Source of the DNA: a bacterium
Lineage (GTDB): Bacteria > UBP6 > UBA1177 > JAKLFG01
DNA length: 64,000 nt
Assembly: GCA_022709425.1 (NCBI GenBank)
Contig: JAKLIW010000013.1
Location: forward strand, 183-64,182
Direction of reading: 5' to 3'
Part shown: positions 20,710 through 29,086 of the stretch, one piece after another
Layout: every line of letters starts with the position of its first letter
How positions within the stretch are numbered: the first letter of the stretch is position 1
The notes under the pieces: generated by a model
Seen by the model: the letters and a program-made list of their open reading frames with translations, nothing else
Database searches by the model: none
Told to the model about the DNA's origin: nothing
Made by a program: the position numbers and the translations under genes

Positions 20710-21819
20710 CTAACCGAAATCATCAAAATAGATCCGCTCGCGTGCTACGCCGATAGCGGTGAGCGCCGCGATATAGGACTTGATCACCGCCGAACCGGCG
20801 CACAGATAGGCCTCGATAGCGGCGCCGTTCGGGATGTACTGCGGCAGGATATCGGTGAGCCGCCCGGTCTGGCCATCCCAGCCGTCCTCCGCGTTCGGGC
20901 GGCTGATGGCGGGAACGAACCGGAAATTGGGCAGGCGTTTTTCGAGCTCCCGCATCTCATCGAGCAGGAACAGGTCGCACCGCTCTTTGCAGCCGAACAG
21001 GTAGGTCACCTTGCGCGCGCTCCCCTTTTCGGCCATGTCGAGCAGTATCGAACGCATCGGCGCCATTCCCGACCCGGTCGCCATCATGATGATGTCGCGG
21101 TCGCCGTCGTGCAGGCCGAAATCGCCGTAGGGGCCGTTGAGGGTGACGATGTCGCCCACCGCGAGATGGCGGTGGACCCACGTCGTGGCGATACCCTCCG
21201 GGACATACTTTATCTCCAGTTCCAGCCGGTCCTTCATCGAAGGCGCCGAGGCGACCGAATAGGCGCGGTAGAGCGGTTCGTCGGTCAGTTCATAGGGCGA
21301 CACCTCGAGCTGGACGTACTGCCCCGCTTTGAAGTCGATGGTCGCCGGTCCGCGCAGGGCGAAGGTCACCTCCTTGAGATCGCGCGTCAGGTCGACGATG
21401 CGGGTCACTTCAGCGGTGTATTCGCGCACCGACAGAAGTTCCTGCGGCACCGCTATCTTGAGATCGTTCTTCACCTTGAACTGGCAGGAGAGCCGCACCT
21501 TCGCCGCCCGCTCCCCGGCGCTGAGCCACGGCAGTTCGGTCGCCAATATCTCACCGCCCCCCGCCGCCACTTTCACCTTGCACAGGCCGCACGAACCGCG
21601 CCCGCCGCAGGCCGACGGGATGAAAAGCCCCTGTTCCTTGAGCGCGGTAAGCAGCGTGAGCCCGCCGGTCACCGTGAGTTCCTTGTCGTCGTTGACCGTG
21701 ACCTTCTTTTCGCCGTAATTCCCGATGGTGGCGTCGGCAATGACCATGAGAACGGCGAGCGCCACGGCGATCGCGGCGACCACCCCGACGCTGATGAGCA
21801 GTTCCATCACCATCGCCAT
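20710..21819 (-). CDS. nqrF: NqrF-like membrane-anchored [2Fe-2S]/FAD NAD(P)H reductase
   Basis: N-terminal TM helix; PSACGGRGSCGLC...RLSCQ; RAYSVAS; ATGSGMAP; C-terminal FDDFG; follows nqrE. Confidence 0.85.
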   Translation of the reverse strand: MAMVMELLISVGVVAAIAVALAVLMVIADATIGNYGEKKVTVNDDKELTVTGGLTLLTALKEQGLFIPSACGGRGSCGLCKVKVAAGGGEILATELPWLSAGERAAKVRLSCQFKVKNDLKIAVPQELLSVREYTAEVTRIVDLTRDLKEVTFALRGPATIDFKAGQYVQLEVSPYELTDEPLYRAYSVASAPSMKDRLELEIKYVPEGIATTWVHRHLAVGDIVTLNGPYGDFGLHDGDRDIIMMATGSGMAPMRSILLDMAEKGSARKVTYLFGCKERCDLFLLDEMRELEKRLPNFRFVPAISRPNAEDGWDGQTGRLTDILPQYIPNGAAIEAYLCAGSAVIKSYIAALTAIGVARERIYFDDFG

Positions 21820-21822
21820 CCC

Positions 21823-22419
21823 CTAGTTGAGGCCGAGCATGCCGGCGAAGCCCATGAAGGCCATCGCCATGATGCCCGCGATGATGAGCGCTATCCCCGC
21901 CCCGTCGAGTCCCCGGGGGATACGGGCGTTCTTGAGCCGTTCGCGGATCCCCGCCATCGCGACGATGGCCACCAGCCAGCCGACGCCGCTCCCGGCGCCG
22001 TAGACCACCGATTGGGCGAGACTGTAGTGACGGATGATCATGAACAGCGCCGCGCCGAGTATCGCGCAGTTGACCGTGATGAGCGGCAGGAAGATGCCGA
22101 GCGCCTGATAGAGCGGCTCGCTCACCCGTTCGATCACCATTTCGACCAGCTGGACGAAGGCGGCAACCACGATGATGAAGACGATGTATTTGAGATGATC
22201 GAGGTCGAAGGGGAGCAGCAGGTAGTAGTAGACGAGCCAGTTGATGGCGCTGGTCGCGGTCATCACGAAGACGACCGCCGCCCCGAGCCCGATGGCGGTC
22301 CTGACCTGCCGCGACACGGCGAGGAACGAACACATCCCGAGATAGAGCGTCAGCAGTATGTTGCCGGTGAAGACCGCCGCGAAGAATATGGTGAAAAGTC
22401 CGGGACCCTGACCGCTCAT
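21823..22419 (-). CDS. nqrE: NqrE/RnfA-family membrane subunit (NqrE-like)
   Basis: LGMCSFLAVS, LGIFLPLITVNCAILG, GSGVGWLVAIVAMAGIRE. Confidence 0.88.
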   Translation of the reverse strand: MSGQGPGLFTIFFAAVFTGNILLTLYLGMCSFLAVSRQVRTAIGLGAAVVFVMTATSAINWLVYYYLLLPFDLDHLKYIVFIIVVAAFVQLVEMVIERVSEPLYQALGIFLPLITVNCAILGAALFMIIRHYSLAQSVVYGAGSGVGWLVAIVAMAGIRERLKNARIPRGLDGAGIALIIAGIMAMAFMGFAGMLGLN

Positions 22420-23030
22420 TTGGCCCCTCCCTCATCGCGCAGGAACCGTCCCTTGACCACCCAAACGAAAAGGGCCAGCATGAAGAAGGCGCCGGGGGCC
22501 ATCACCATGATGGACCACTTCACCCACCAGTCGCCGAGCACCGCGATGCCCCAGACGGTGCCGCTTCCCATCAGTTCGCGCAGAAAGGCGATCACCATGA
22601 GCACCCACGAGTAGCCGATCCCGGCGGTGATGCCGTCGACGAGCGACAGAAGCGGCCGGTTGGTCAATGCGAATGCCTCGGCGCGCCCCATGATGATGCA
22701 GTTGGTGATGATGAGCCCGACATAGGGTCCCAACTGGCGCGAGATATCGGGGGCGGTCGCCTTGAGAACGATATCGACGATGATGACATAGGCGGCGATG
22801 ATGAGCGTAGTGACCATCATCCGGACCCGCTGGGGTATCCATGACCGCAGCGCGCTTATCGTCAGATTGGAAAGCCCCGTGGTGAAGATGAGCCCGAGGC
22901 ACATCACGAGGGTGTTGCGCAGGTCGTTGGTGACCGCGAGCGTCGAACAGATGCCGAGCACATGGACGAATACCTGATTCTCGCGGCCGAGGTTGGCGAT
23001 GGTCACGGTGCGCATCTTTTTGAGGTTCAT
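22416..23030 (-). CDS. nqrD: NqrD/RnfE-family membrane subunit (NqrD-like)
   Basis: VLGICSTLAVT, YVGLIITNCIIMGRAEAFA, APGAFF; 4-nt overlaps with its neighbours. Confidence 0.88.
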   Translation of the reverse strand: MNLKKMRTVTIANLGRENQVFVHVLGICSTLAVTNDLRNTLVMCLGLIFTTGLSNLTISALRSWIPQRVRMMVTTLIIAAYVIIVDIVLKATAPDISRQLGPYVGLIITNCIIMGRAEAFALTNRPLLSLVDGITAGIGYSWVLMVIAFLRELMGSGTVWGIAVLGDWWVKWSIMVMAPGAFFMLALFVWVVKGRFLRDEGGAK

Positions 23031-23635
23031 CGCCCGCCTCCGACGATGCCCGGCGCGTCGGCGATGACGCCGTTAACGATATCGCCCGCCGCCGTGGTGG
23101 TCACCGTCGCGCCGGTGACGGCGTCGAACCGGCCGTCGGCCGCGCCGGTACCTTCGGGTTGCGGCCGGAACGGCCCCTTTTTGCCGCGGAACTGTGCGGT
23201 GAACCACGGTTCGCTGATGCGGGCGCCGAGCCCCGGCGTCTCGCCGTGGGCGTAGAAATCGACCCCGGTCAGGCGGTCGAGCGCCGCGTCGAGCCCCACA
23301 TGGGCGTCTATTGGTCCCCAGAGTCCCGTACCGCGCCGCGTGAAGACGTAGACCGCGTCGCCGTCGTGCCGAAGGACGCGGTAGTGACGGCCGTCGGCCG
23401 CGCGGACCCGGTCGGCGTAGAGTTTTTCGACCGCCGCGCCGTCGGCGGGCGCCGCGATACCGGCCGCCGCGAGCACCGACCGTTTGAGGAAGAGCGATTC
23501 GTTGCGTTTTATGGCGTCGCGGGCGAACAGATGTGCCGCCGATACCGCCGCGACGAACACCACCGTCACCGCGAACATGAAAAAAACGGTGAAAAGACGT
23601 TCGCGCCCCTTCGAACGGGGTTTCCGGCCGCTCAT
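23027..23635 (-). CDS. nqrC: NqrC/RnfG-family FMN-binding subunit
   Basis: N-terminal TM helix; GTGLWGPI, HGETPGLGARI, DAVTGATVT (flavinylation motif). Start at ATG overlapping the nqrB stop. Confidence 0.88.
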   Translation of the reverse strand: MSGRKPRSKGRERLFTVFFMFAVTVVFVAAVSAAHLFARDAIKRNESLFLKRSVLAAAGIAAPADGAAVEKLYADRVRAADGRHYRVLRHDGDAVYVFTRRGTGLWGPIDAHVGLDAALDRLTGVDFYAHGETPGLGARISEPWFTAQFRGKKGPFRPQPEGTGAADGRFDAVTGATVTTTAAGDIVNGVIADAPGIVGGGR

Positions 23636-24582
23636 GTCCCTTTCCCCGTCTGCCGTTTCTTCAGCGTCTCGAAGGCGATATCGGTGATCGGGCCGAACAT
23701 GTTGGCCAGCAGTATCGCGAACATCATCCCTTCGGGCCACACCGAGAAGGTGCGGATGAGGACCGTCAACATCCCGATGAAGAGGCCGTACACCTTCTGT
23801 GCCGTCGGGTTCTTGGGCGCCGAGACCGGATCGGTGGTCATGAAGAAGAGCCCCAGCACGAAACCGCCCGCCAGCAGCGCCGTCAGCGGATCGTGGGCGC
23901 GCGGCACCCCGGCCCACCACAGCAGCGCCTGCAGGCCGATCATCCCGAAAAGCGTCCAGTTGACGATAGCGCGGTTCGCCACCTTTTTCCCGTAAAGCCA
24001 GCCGCCGCCGATGATAAGGGCGATGGCGCTCGTTTCGCCGAGCGACCCCGCCTCATACCCGATGAGCGACCGCAGCCAGAAATCGGGATCTATGGCCGGC
24101 ATCGCCGAAAGCATCGTCGCGGCGGTCACCGCATCGGTGCTCCAGAGGGCGAGCCCGCCCCACGGCAGCGCCGCCGGTTCGGCCCAGCGGCCCGTCATCC
24201 AGCCCGCGAAGGTGATGTAGATGAAGGCGCGGCCGACCATCGCCGGGTTGAAGACATTGCGCCCGAAGCCGCCAAAGACCATCTTGCCGAACACCACCGC
24301 GAAGGCGCACCCCACCGCCGCCATCCAGAACGGGAGCGTCGGCGGTAACGACAGGGCGAGCAGCGTCCCGGTGACGAAGACCGAACTGTGGACCGGTTCG
24401 TTATAGTGCCGCGCGAAAAGATATTCGGAAAGAAAAGCGGTCAGGTTGACCACCGCCAGCATCATGACGGCGCGCCACCCGAAGAAATAGACCGCACAGA
24501 GCATCGCCGGGAGGAGCGCCCAGAGCACCCGCCGCATCGGCGGCGTCCACTGGATGAGCGGCCTGTCGTTCCCCGGCGTCAT
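23632..24582 (-). CDS. nqrB: NqrB/RnfD-family membrane flavoprotein, short (316 aa) form
   Basis: FGGFGRNVFNPAMVGRAF, DAVTAAT (FMN-Thr), GSLGETS, FMTTDPVS, PEGMMFAILLANMF. Lacks the long NqrB N-terminus. Confidence 0.85.
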   Translation of the reverse strand: MTPGNDRPLIQWTPPMRRVLWALLPAMLCAVYFFGWRAVMMLAVVNLTAFLSEYLFARHYNEPVHSSVFVTGTLLALSLPPTLPFWMAAVGCAFAVVFGKMVFGGFGRNVFNPAMVGRAFIYITFAGWMTGRWAEPAALPWGGLALWSTDAVTAATMLSAMPAIDPDFWLRSLIGYEAGSLGETSAIALIIGGGWLYGKKVANRAIVNWTLFGMIGLQALLWWAGVPRAHDPLTALLAGGFVLGLFFMTTDPVSAPKNPTAQKVYGLFIGMLTVLIRTFSVWPEGMMFAILLANMFGPITDIAFETLKKRQTGKGT

Positions 24583-24642
24583 GAGATACTCCGTCAAAAG
24601 GCAAAGATATCCTAACGGGAATCGGCGGAAATGCAAAAAGAA

Positions 24643-26676
24643 CTACTTCTTCAGTTTCCAGTCGAGCGCGCCGACGGGGCACTCGCCGATGCACTTGCCG
24701 CAGTCGCGGCAGAGCTGTGACGGGAGCGGTTGGGAGAAGGCGGTATCGACATGGGTGCCGAAGCCGCGGAACTTGAAGCCGAGGATATTCTGATTGACCA
24801 CCTCGGAGCAGACCTTGACGCAGACGCCGCACTTGATGCACTTGCCGCGGTCGAGGATGATCTCGGGGTGGCGCACATCGTAGCCGAAGTTCGGCTTCTC
24901 GCCGATCATCGCATCGGGCTTGGCGGTGTAGGTCTCGCTGTGTTTCTTGAGCGAGCAGTCGCCCTTGGCGGTGCAGGAACATTCGATGCACCGTTCGCCC
25001 TCTTTGGTTATCTCGCCCTGCGTGTAGGTGAGCGATACTTCCTTGAACGTCGCGGTCCGGTCGTGTTCCGGAATGAGCCGCTGCGGGGTCCGCTTGCGCT
25101 CGATCGCCTCCTTGAGGTAGACCAGATCGGTGGGTTTCAGGCTCTGCCATTTGCCGCGCGAGACATTGAGCAGGTAGGGCTCTTTGAATTCCGTGCTCTC
25201 TATCTGCGCGAGGATGGCCAGCGCCGTCCGGCGCGCCCCGGCGACCGCCTCGACGACGGTGGCGGGACCGCTCACGCAGTCGCCCGCCGCGTAGATACTG
25301 CCCTCCATGCGGCAGTTCTCCTTGCTCACCTCGACATCGCCCCACTTGGTCGCCTTGACCCCCTGCGGCGCGATGGTCTTCTGGCCGATGGCGCCGATGA
25401 CGGTGTCGGCGACGGTGTCGAAATCGCTGTTGGGGACCGGGACCGGCTTGCGGCGGCCCGAGGCGTCGGGTTCGCCGAGCGTCATCCGCTGGCTGGTGAG
25501 GACGAGCCGCCCGTTCTCCTTGCGCAGTTTCACCGGCGCGACGAGGAATTCGAACTTGACCCCTTCCTCCTTCGCCTCGTGTATCTCTATCTTTTCGGCC
25601 GGCATCTCGGCCTCGGTCCGGCGGTAGAAGCAGGTCACCTCCTTGGAACCGAGCCGCACCGAGGTACGCAGGCAGTCCATCGCGGTGTTGCCGCCGCCGA
25701 TGACTATCGTTTTGCCCGGGTTCGCCCCTTTCCAGCCGGCGAGCGCTATCTTTTCAAGGTACTGGATGCCGCCGACGGCGAGTTCTTCCCCTTCGACACC
25801 CGCCGCGCTCGACTTCCACGAACCGACCGTTATCGCGACGGCGTCATAGTTCTTCTGCAGGTCGGCGAGGGCGATATCCTTGCCCAGTTCCTTGTTGCAG
25901 TGGATGGCGATGCCGCCCATCTTGGTAAAGTGCGCTATCTCGCGGTCGAGTATCGCCTTGGGAAGACGGTATTCGGGGATGCCGTAGCGCAGCATGCCGC
26001 CCGGTTCGGGTTGCTTGTCGTAGAGGTCCGACGCGACGCCGTTCAGCCGCAGGAAATAGGCGACCGACAGCCCGGCGGGACCGGCGCCGATGATGGCGAC
26101 CTTTTTGCCGGTGAGCGGTTTCCGCTCTTCCATATAAGAATCATAATGCATGTCGGCGGCGAGCCGTTTGAAGTCGTTGATGGCGACCGGTTCCTTGTCG
26201 ACGACATTGCGGCGGCAGTCCTTTTCGCAGAACCGCGGACAGACGCGGCCGATCGACATCGGGAGCGGTATCCGTTCCTTGATGAGTTTGAGCGCTTCGA
26301 GCAGATTCCCCTTCTTCCCTTCGCGGACATACTCTTCGACCTGCGCATGGGCCGGACAGGCGATGGTGCAGGGCGCCTCACAGTCGCCGCTGTGTTCCGA
26401 AAGCATCAGATTGAGCGCCGTTTTGCGCATATCCCACACTTCCGGGGTGTCGGACTCAATGGTCATCCCATCGGCGATCTCCATCGCGCAGGACGGCACG
26501 AACCGCCCCGTTTTCGTGTCCTTCACAAGGCAGACGAAGCAGGAGGTGGTCTTGGTGATCTTCTGGTTGAAACAGAGCGTCGGGATCGAGATACCGTTGC
26601 GTTCGGCGACCTGCAGGATCGTTTCGCCCTTTTCGGCCGCGAAGGGCTTGTTGTCTATCGTGATGGTGAAGCTCAT
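24643..26676 (-). CDS. NuoG/HydA-type Fe-S scaffold with inserted GltD-like FAD/NADP(H) domain (BfuA/NfnA-like); no H-cluster or Mo/W domain
   Basis: IPTLC..SCFVC..C; HSGDCEAPC..CP; GRVCPRFCEKDC; IGAGPAGL; GGGNTAMD..YRR; CIECSC; CIKCGVCVKVC; CRDCGKCIGECPVGAL; then stop. Confidence 0.85.
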   Translation of the reverse strand: MSFTITIDNKPFAAEKGETILQVAERNGISIPTLCFNQKITKTTSCFVCLVKDTKTGRFVPSCAMEIADGMTIESDTPEVWDMRKTALNLMLSEHSGDCEAPCTIACPAHAQVEEYVREGKKGNLLEALKLIKERIPLPMSIGRVCPRFCEKDCRRNVVDKEPVAINDFKRLAADMHYDSYMEERKPLTGKKVAIIGAGPAGLSVAYFLRLNGVASDLYDKQPEPGGMLRYGIPEYRLPKAILDREIAHFTKMGGIAIHCNKELGKDIALADLQKNYDAVAITVGSWKSSAAGVEGEELAVGGIQYLEKIALAGWKGANPGKTIVIGGGNTAMDCLRTSVRLGSKEVTCFYRRTEAEMPAEKIEIHEAKEEGVKFEFLVAPVKLRKENGRLVLTSQRMTLGEPDASGRRKPVPVPNSDFDTVADTVIGAIGQKTIAPQGVKATKWGDVEVSKENCRMEGSIYAAGDCVSGPATVVEAVAGARRTALAILAQIESTEFKEPYLLNVSRGKWQSLKPTDLVYLKEAIERKRTPQRLIPEHDRTATFKEVSLTYTQGEITKEGERCIECSCTAKGDCSLKKHSETYTAKPDAMIGEKPNFGYDVRHPEIILDRGKCIKCGVCVKVCSEVVNQNILGFKFRGFGTHVDTAFSQPLPSQLCRDCGKCIGECPVGALDWKLKK

Positions 26677-28409
26677 GACTTACCTCCGCTCTTGCCGTAG
26701 TGGCCGGTCCCTTTCTCGACCCGGCTGATCGTTTTCTTCGGACAGACCTCGATGCAGGAATTGCAGCGCGTGCAGATCGCATTGTCGACCACAAATTCGG
26801 GGCTGATCGCCTTGACGGCGCAGGTCTTGACGCAGATGCCGCACTTGATGCACTTGTCGATGTGGATGGCGACATCGGAAAGCTGATTGCACTGGAGCGC
26901 CGGACATTTGTGGTGCACCGTGTGGGCATCGTACTCGTGCTTGAAATAGCGCAGGGTCGAAATGACCGGGTTGGGCGCCGTTTGGCCGAGGCCGCAGAGC
27001 GACCCCTTGATGACCTTCGGGCCAAGATCGGCAAGGAATGCCACATCATCGGCGTTCCCTTTTCCATGGGTTATCTTCTCAAGCCGTTCGAGCATCCGCT
27101 TGGTGCCGATGCGGCAGAAAGTACATTTGCCGCAGCTTTCGCGCGCGGTGAATTCGAGGAAATAACGCGCCGTTTCGACCATGCAACGGTTCTGGCCGAT
27201 AACGATCAGACCGCCCGACCCCATGATGGCGCCGAGGCTTTTGAGCGAATCGTAATCGACCACCGCGTCGAACTTATCGGCCGGGATGCAGCCGCCCGAC
27301 GGGCCGCCGATCTGGACCGCTTTGACCGAACCGCGCTCGGCGCCGCCCACTTCGTAGACGATATCGCCGATGGTGACCCCCATCGGAACCTCGGCGAGCC
27401 CCGGATACTTCACGTCGCCCGCCAGCGCGAAAAGTTTGGTCCCCTTCGACCCCTGCGTGCCGACCGACGCGAACGCCGCCGCTCCCTCTTTGAGGATGAG
27501 CGGCACATTGCCGAAGGTCTCGACGTTATTTATCGCGGTCGGATAGCCTTTGTAGCCGCTGTCGGTCGGGTACGGCGGACGGAAGCGCGGCGTACCGCGT
27601 TTTCCTTCCAGCGAATGAATCATCGCCGTCTCTTCGCCGCAGACGAAGGCGCCGGCACCCTCTTTAAGTCTGAACTCGACCGTGCGCGTTCCCAGTTTGT
27701 TGAGACCGCGCTCGTATATCTGATCTATCGCGATCTTGAGGTTCCGTATCGCGAGCGGATATTCGGCGCGGCAGTAGATCGTCAACTGGGTCGCTCCGGT
27801 CGCAAGCGCACCGATGAGCATCCCTTCGAGCACCTGATGCGGCACCGATTCCATCAGCGACCGGTCCATGAACGCGCCCGGATCGCCTTCGTCGGCGTTG
27901 CAGATAAGCACCTTCTCCTTCGCCTCTTTCGCCGCGAGGAATCCCCATTTGGTGCCGGTCGGGAAACCGCCGCCGCCGCGACCGCGCAGACCCGATGCCT
28001 TGACCTCGGCGACGATGTCGGCCGGCTTCATCTCGAGCGCCTTTTTCAGCGCCGTGTAACCGCCGTGGGCGATATATTCATCGATGGAGGTCATATCGAT
28101 GCGTCCGGCGAGGGCGAGCACCTTGATCATCTCGCGGCCGGAACGCTGTTTCCGCTCCACCAGACGCCCCTCCTCCTTGAGCGCCAGCATCCGGTCGAGA
28201 TGCTCCTTTTTCGGCTGGACCCTTTCGTAGAAGAAAGGACCGCCGTCGGTCTCGATCTCAACGAGCGGTTCGGCATAGCAGTGACCCACACAACCCACCT
28301 CGACGATAGGGATATCCTTCACCTCTTTGCGGATGAAGGTGAGTAGCTCGGTCGCCCCCGCCGCGATACCGCAGGAGCCGGCGCCGACCTTGATACGCGT
28401 TATCTTCAT
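26673..28409 (-). CDS. HydB/NuoF-like FMN/NADH subunit (BfuB) with N-terminal thioredoxin-like and C-terminal 2x[4Fe-4S] domains
   Basis: GSCG..GCVGHC; SGLRGRGGGGFPTGTKW; CNADEGDPGAFMDR; GAGAFVCGEET; SCGKCTFCRIG..SLCGLG; CIKCGICVKTC..CTRCNSCIEVCP. Confidence 0.92.
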   Translation of the reverse strand: MKITRIKVGAGSCGIAAGATELLTFIRKEVKDIPIVEVGCVGHCYAEPLVEIETDGGPFFYERVQPKKEHLDRMLALKEEGRLVERKQRSGREMIKVLALAGRIDMTSIDEYIAHGGYTALKKALEMKPADIVAEVKASGLRGRGGGGFPTGTKWGFLAAKEAKEKVLICNADEGDPGAFMDRSLMESVPHQVLEGMLIGALATGATQLTIYCRAEYPLAIRNLKIAIDQIYERGLNKLGTRTVEFRLKEGAGAFVCGEETAMIHSLEGKRGTPRFRPPYPTDSGYKGYPTAINNVETFGNVPLILKEGAAAFASVGTQGSKGTKLFALAGDVKYPGLAEVPMGVTIGDIVYEVGGAERGSVKAVQIGGPSGGCIPADKFDAVVDYDSLKSLGAIMGSGGLIVIGQNRCMVETARYFLEFTARESCGKCTFCRIGTKRMLERLEKITHGKGNADDVAFLADLGPKVIKGSLCGLGQTAPNPVISTLRYFKHEYDAHTVHHKCPALQCNQLSDVAIHIDKCIKCGICVKTCAVKAISPEFVVDNAICTRCNSCIEVCPKKTISRVEKGTGHYGKSGGKS

Positions 28410-28867
28410 GCCGCTCCTCCCTTCCGGTAATCTTTGAGTATCTTGAGCAGTCCTTTCCGGTCGAGATTGCCGAAGACCTTGCCGTTGACCGAGATGACCG
28501 GTGCGAGGCTACAACAGCCGAGACAGGCGACCGTTTCAAGGGAGAAAAGCCCCTCTTTATCGGTCTGGCCGTCCTTGATGCCGAGATCCTCCGACAACCA
28601 GCCGGTAACCAATGATGCCCCCTTGATATGGCAGGCGGTCCCGTCACAGACCGAGATCTTGTACTTGCCGGGTTTGACCCGTTTGAACTGGGCGTAAAAA
28701 CTGACCACCCCCTCGACCTCGACGGTCGCGATGGTGAAATGGTGGGCGATCGCCTCGATCGCCGCGTTCGAGATGTAACCTTCATCCGTCTGCACGGCCT
28801 GCAGCGCCTTGATGAGATTGCTCCGATCGGTGTCGATCTTCCTGAGCAGTTCAGACAAGTGACTCAT
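28406..28867 (-). CDS. HydC/NuoE-like [2Fe-2S] subunit (BfuC)
   Basis: EGVVSFYAQF, VCDGTACHIKGA, ACLGCCSLAPV. Start after GGAGG. Confidence 0.92.
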   Translation of the reverse strand: MSHLSELLRKIDTDRSNLIKALQAVQTDEGYISNAAIEAIAHHFTIATVEVEGVVSFYAQFKRVKPGKYKISVCDGTACHIKGASLVTGWLSEDLGIKDGQTDKEGLFSLETVACLGCCSLAPVISVNGKVFGNLDRKGLLKILKDYRKGGAA

Positions 28868-29028
28868 CGTTCCTCCGGGGTGCGGGTAATATGCCACACT
28901 TCGCTCATAATTCGGATAATTCAAAACGAAAGTCAAGCAGAAAGAGCCACACGCGACCGAATCTAACGGAACGCTAAAGGAAAAAGGGCGACACGGGAAG
29001 GACAAGCCTTTTTTTTCTTAGGCAATTT

Positions 29029-29056
29029 TTGACTTTCCCTCTCTTCCTATTATAAT
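29029..29056 (+). promoter_or_regulatory. Sigma70 promoter of dnaG-rpoD
   Basis: TTGACT-16 nt-TATAAT, 30 nt before the dnaG start. Confidence 0.75.
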
Positions 29057-29086
29057 GCCACCGAATTTTTTTATACGGGGCCCCTC

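Noticed and set aside
24643-26676. Calling this an [FeFe]-hydrogenase or formate dehydrogenase alpha subunit
   Set aside because: No H-cluster motifs and no Mo/W-bisPGD domain. The ORF ends at TAG followed by a 60-nt gap and nqrB, so there is no sign of a selenocysteine read-through or frameshifted catalytic domain.
26673-28867. Calling these complex I nuoE/nuoF
   Set aside because: No other nuo genes are present, and the extra N- and C-terminal Fe-S domains are HydB/Bfu-type.
28981-29017. AAAAAGGGC...GCCTTTTTT terminator-like hairpin
   Set aside because: Weak stem with a 16-nt loop, lying between divergent promoters with nothing obvious to terminate.
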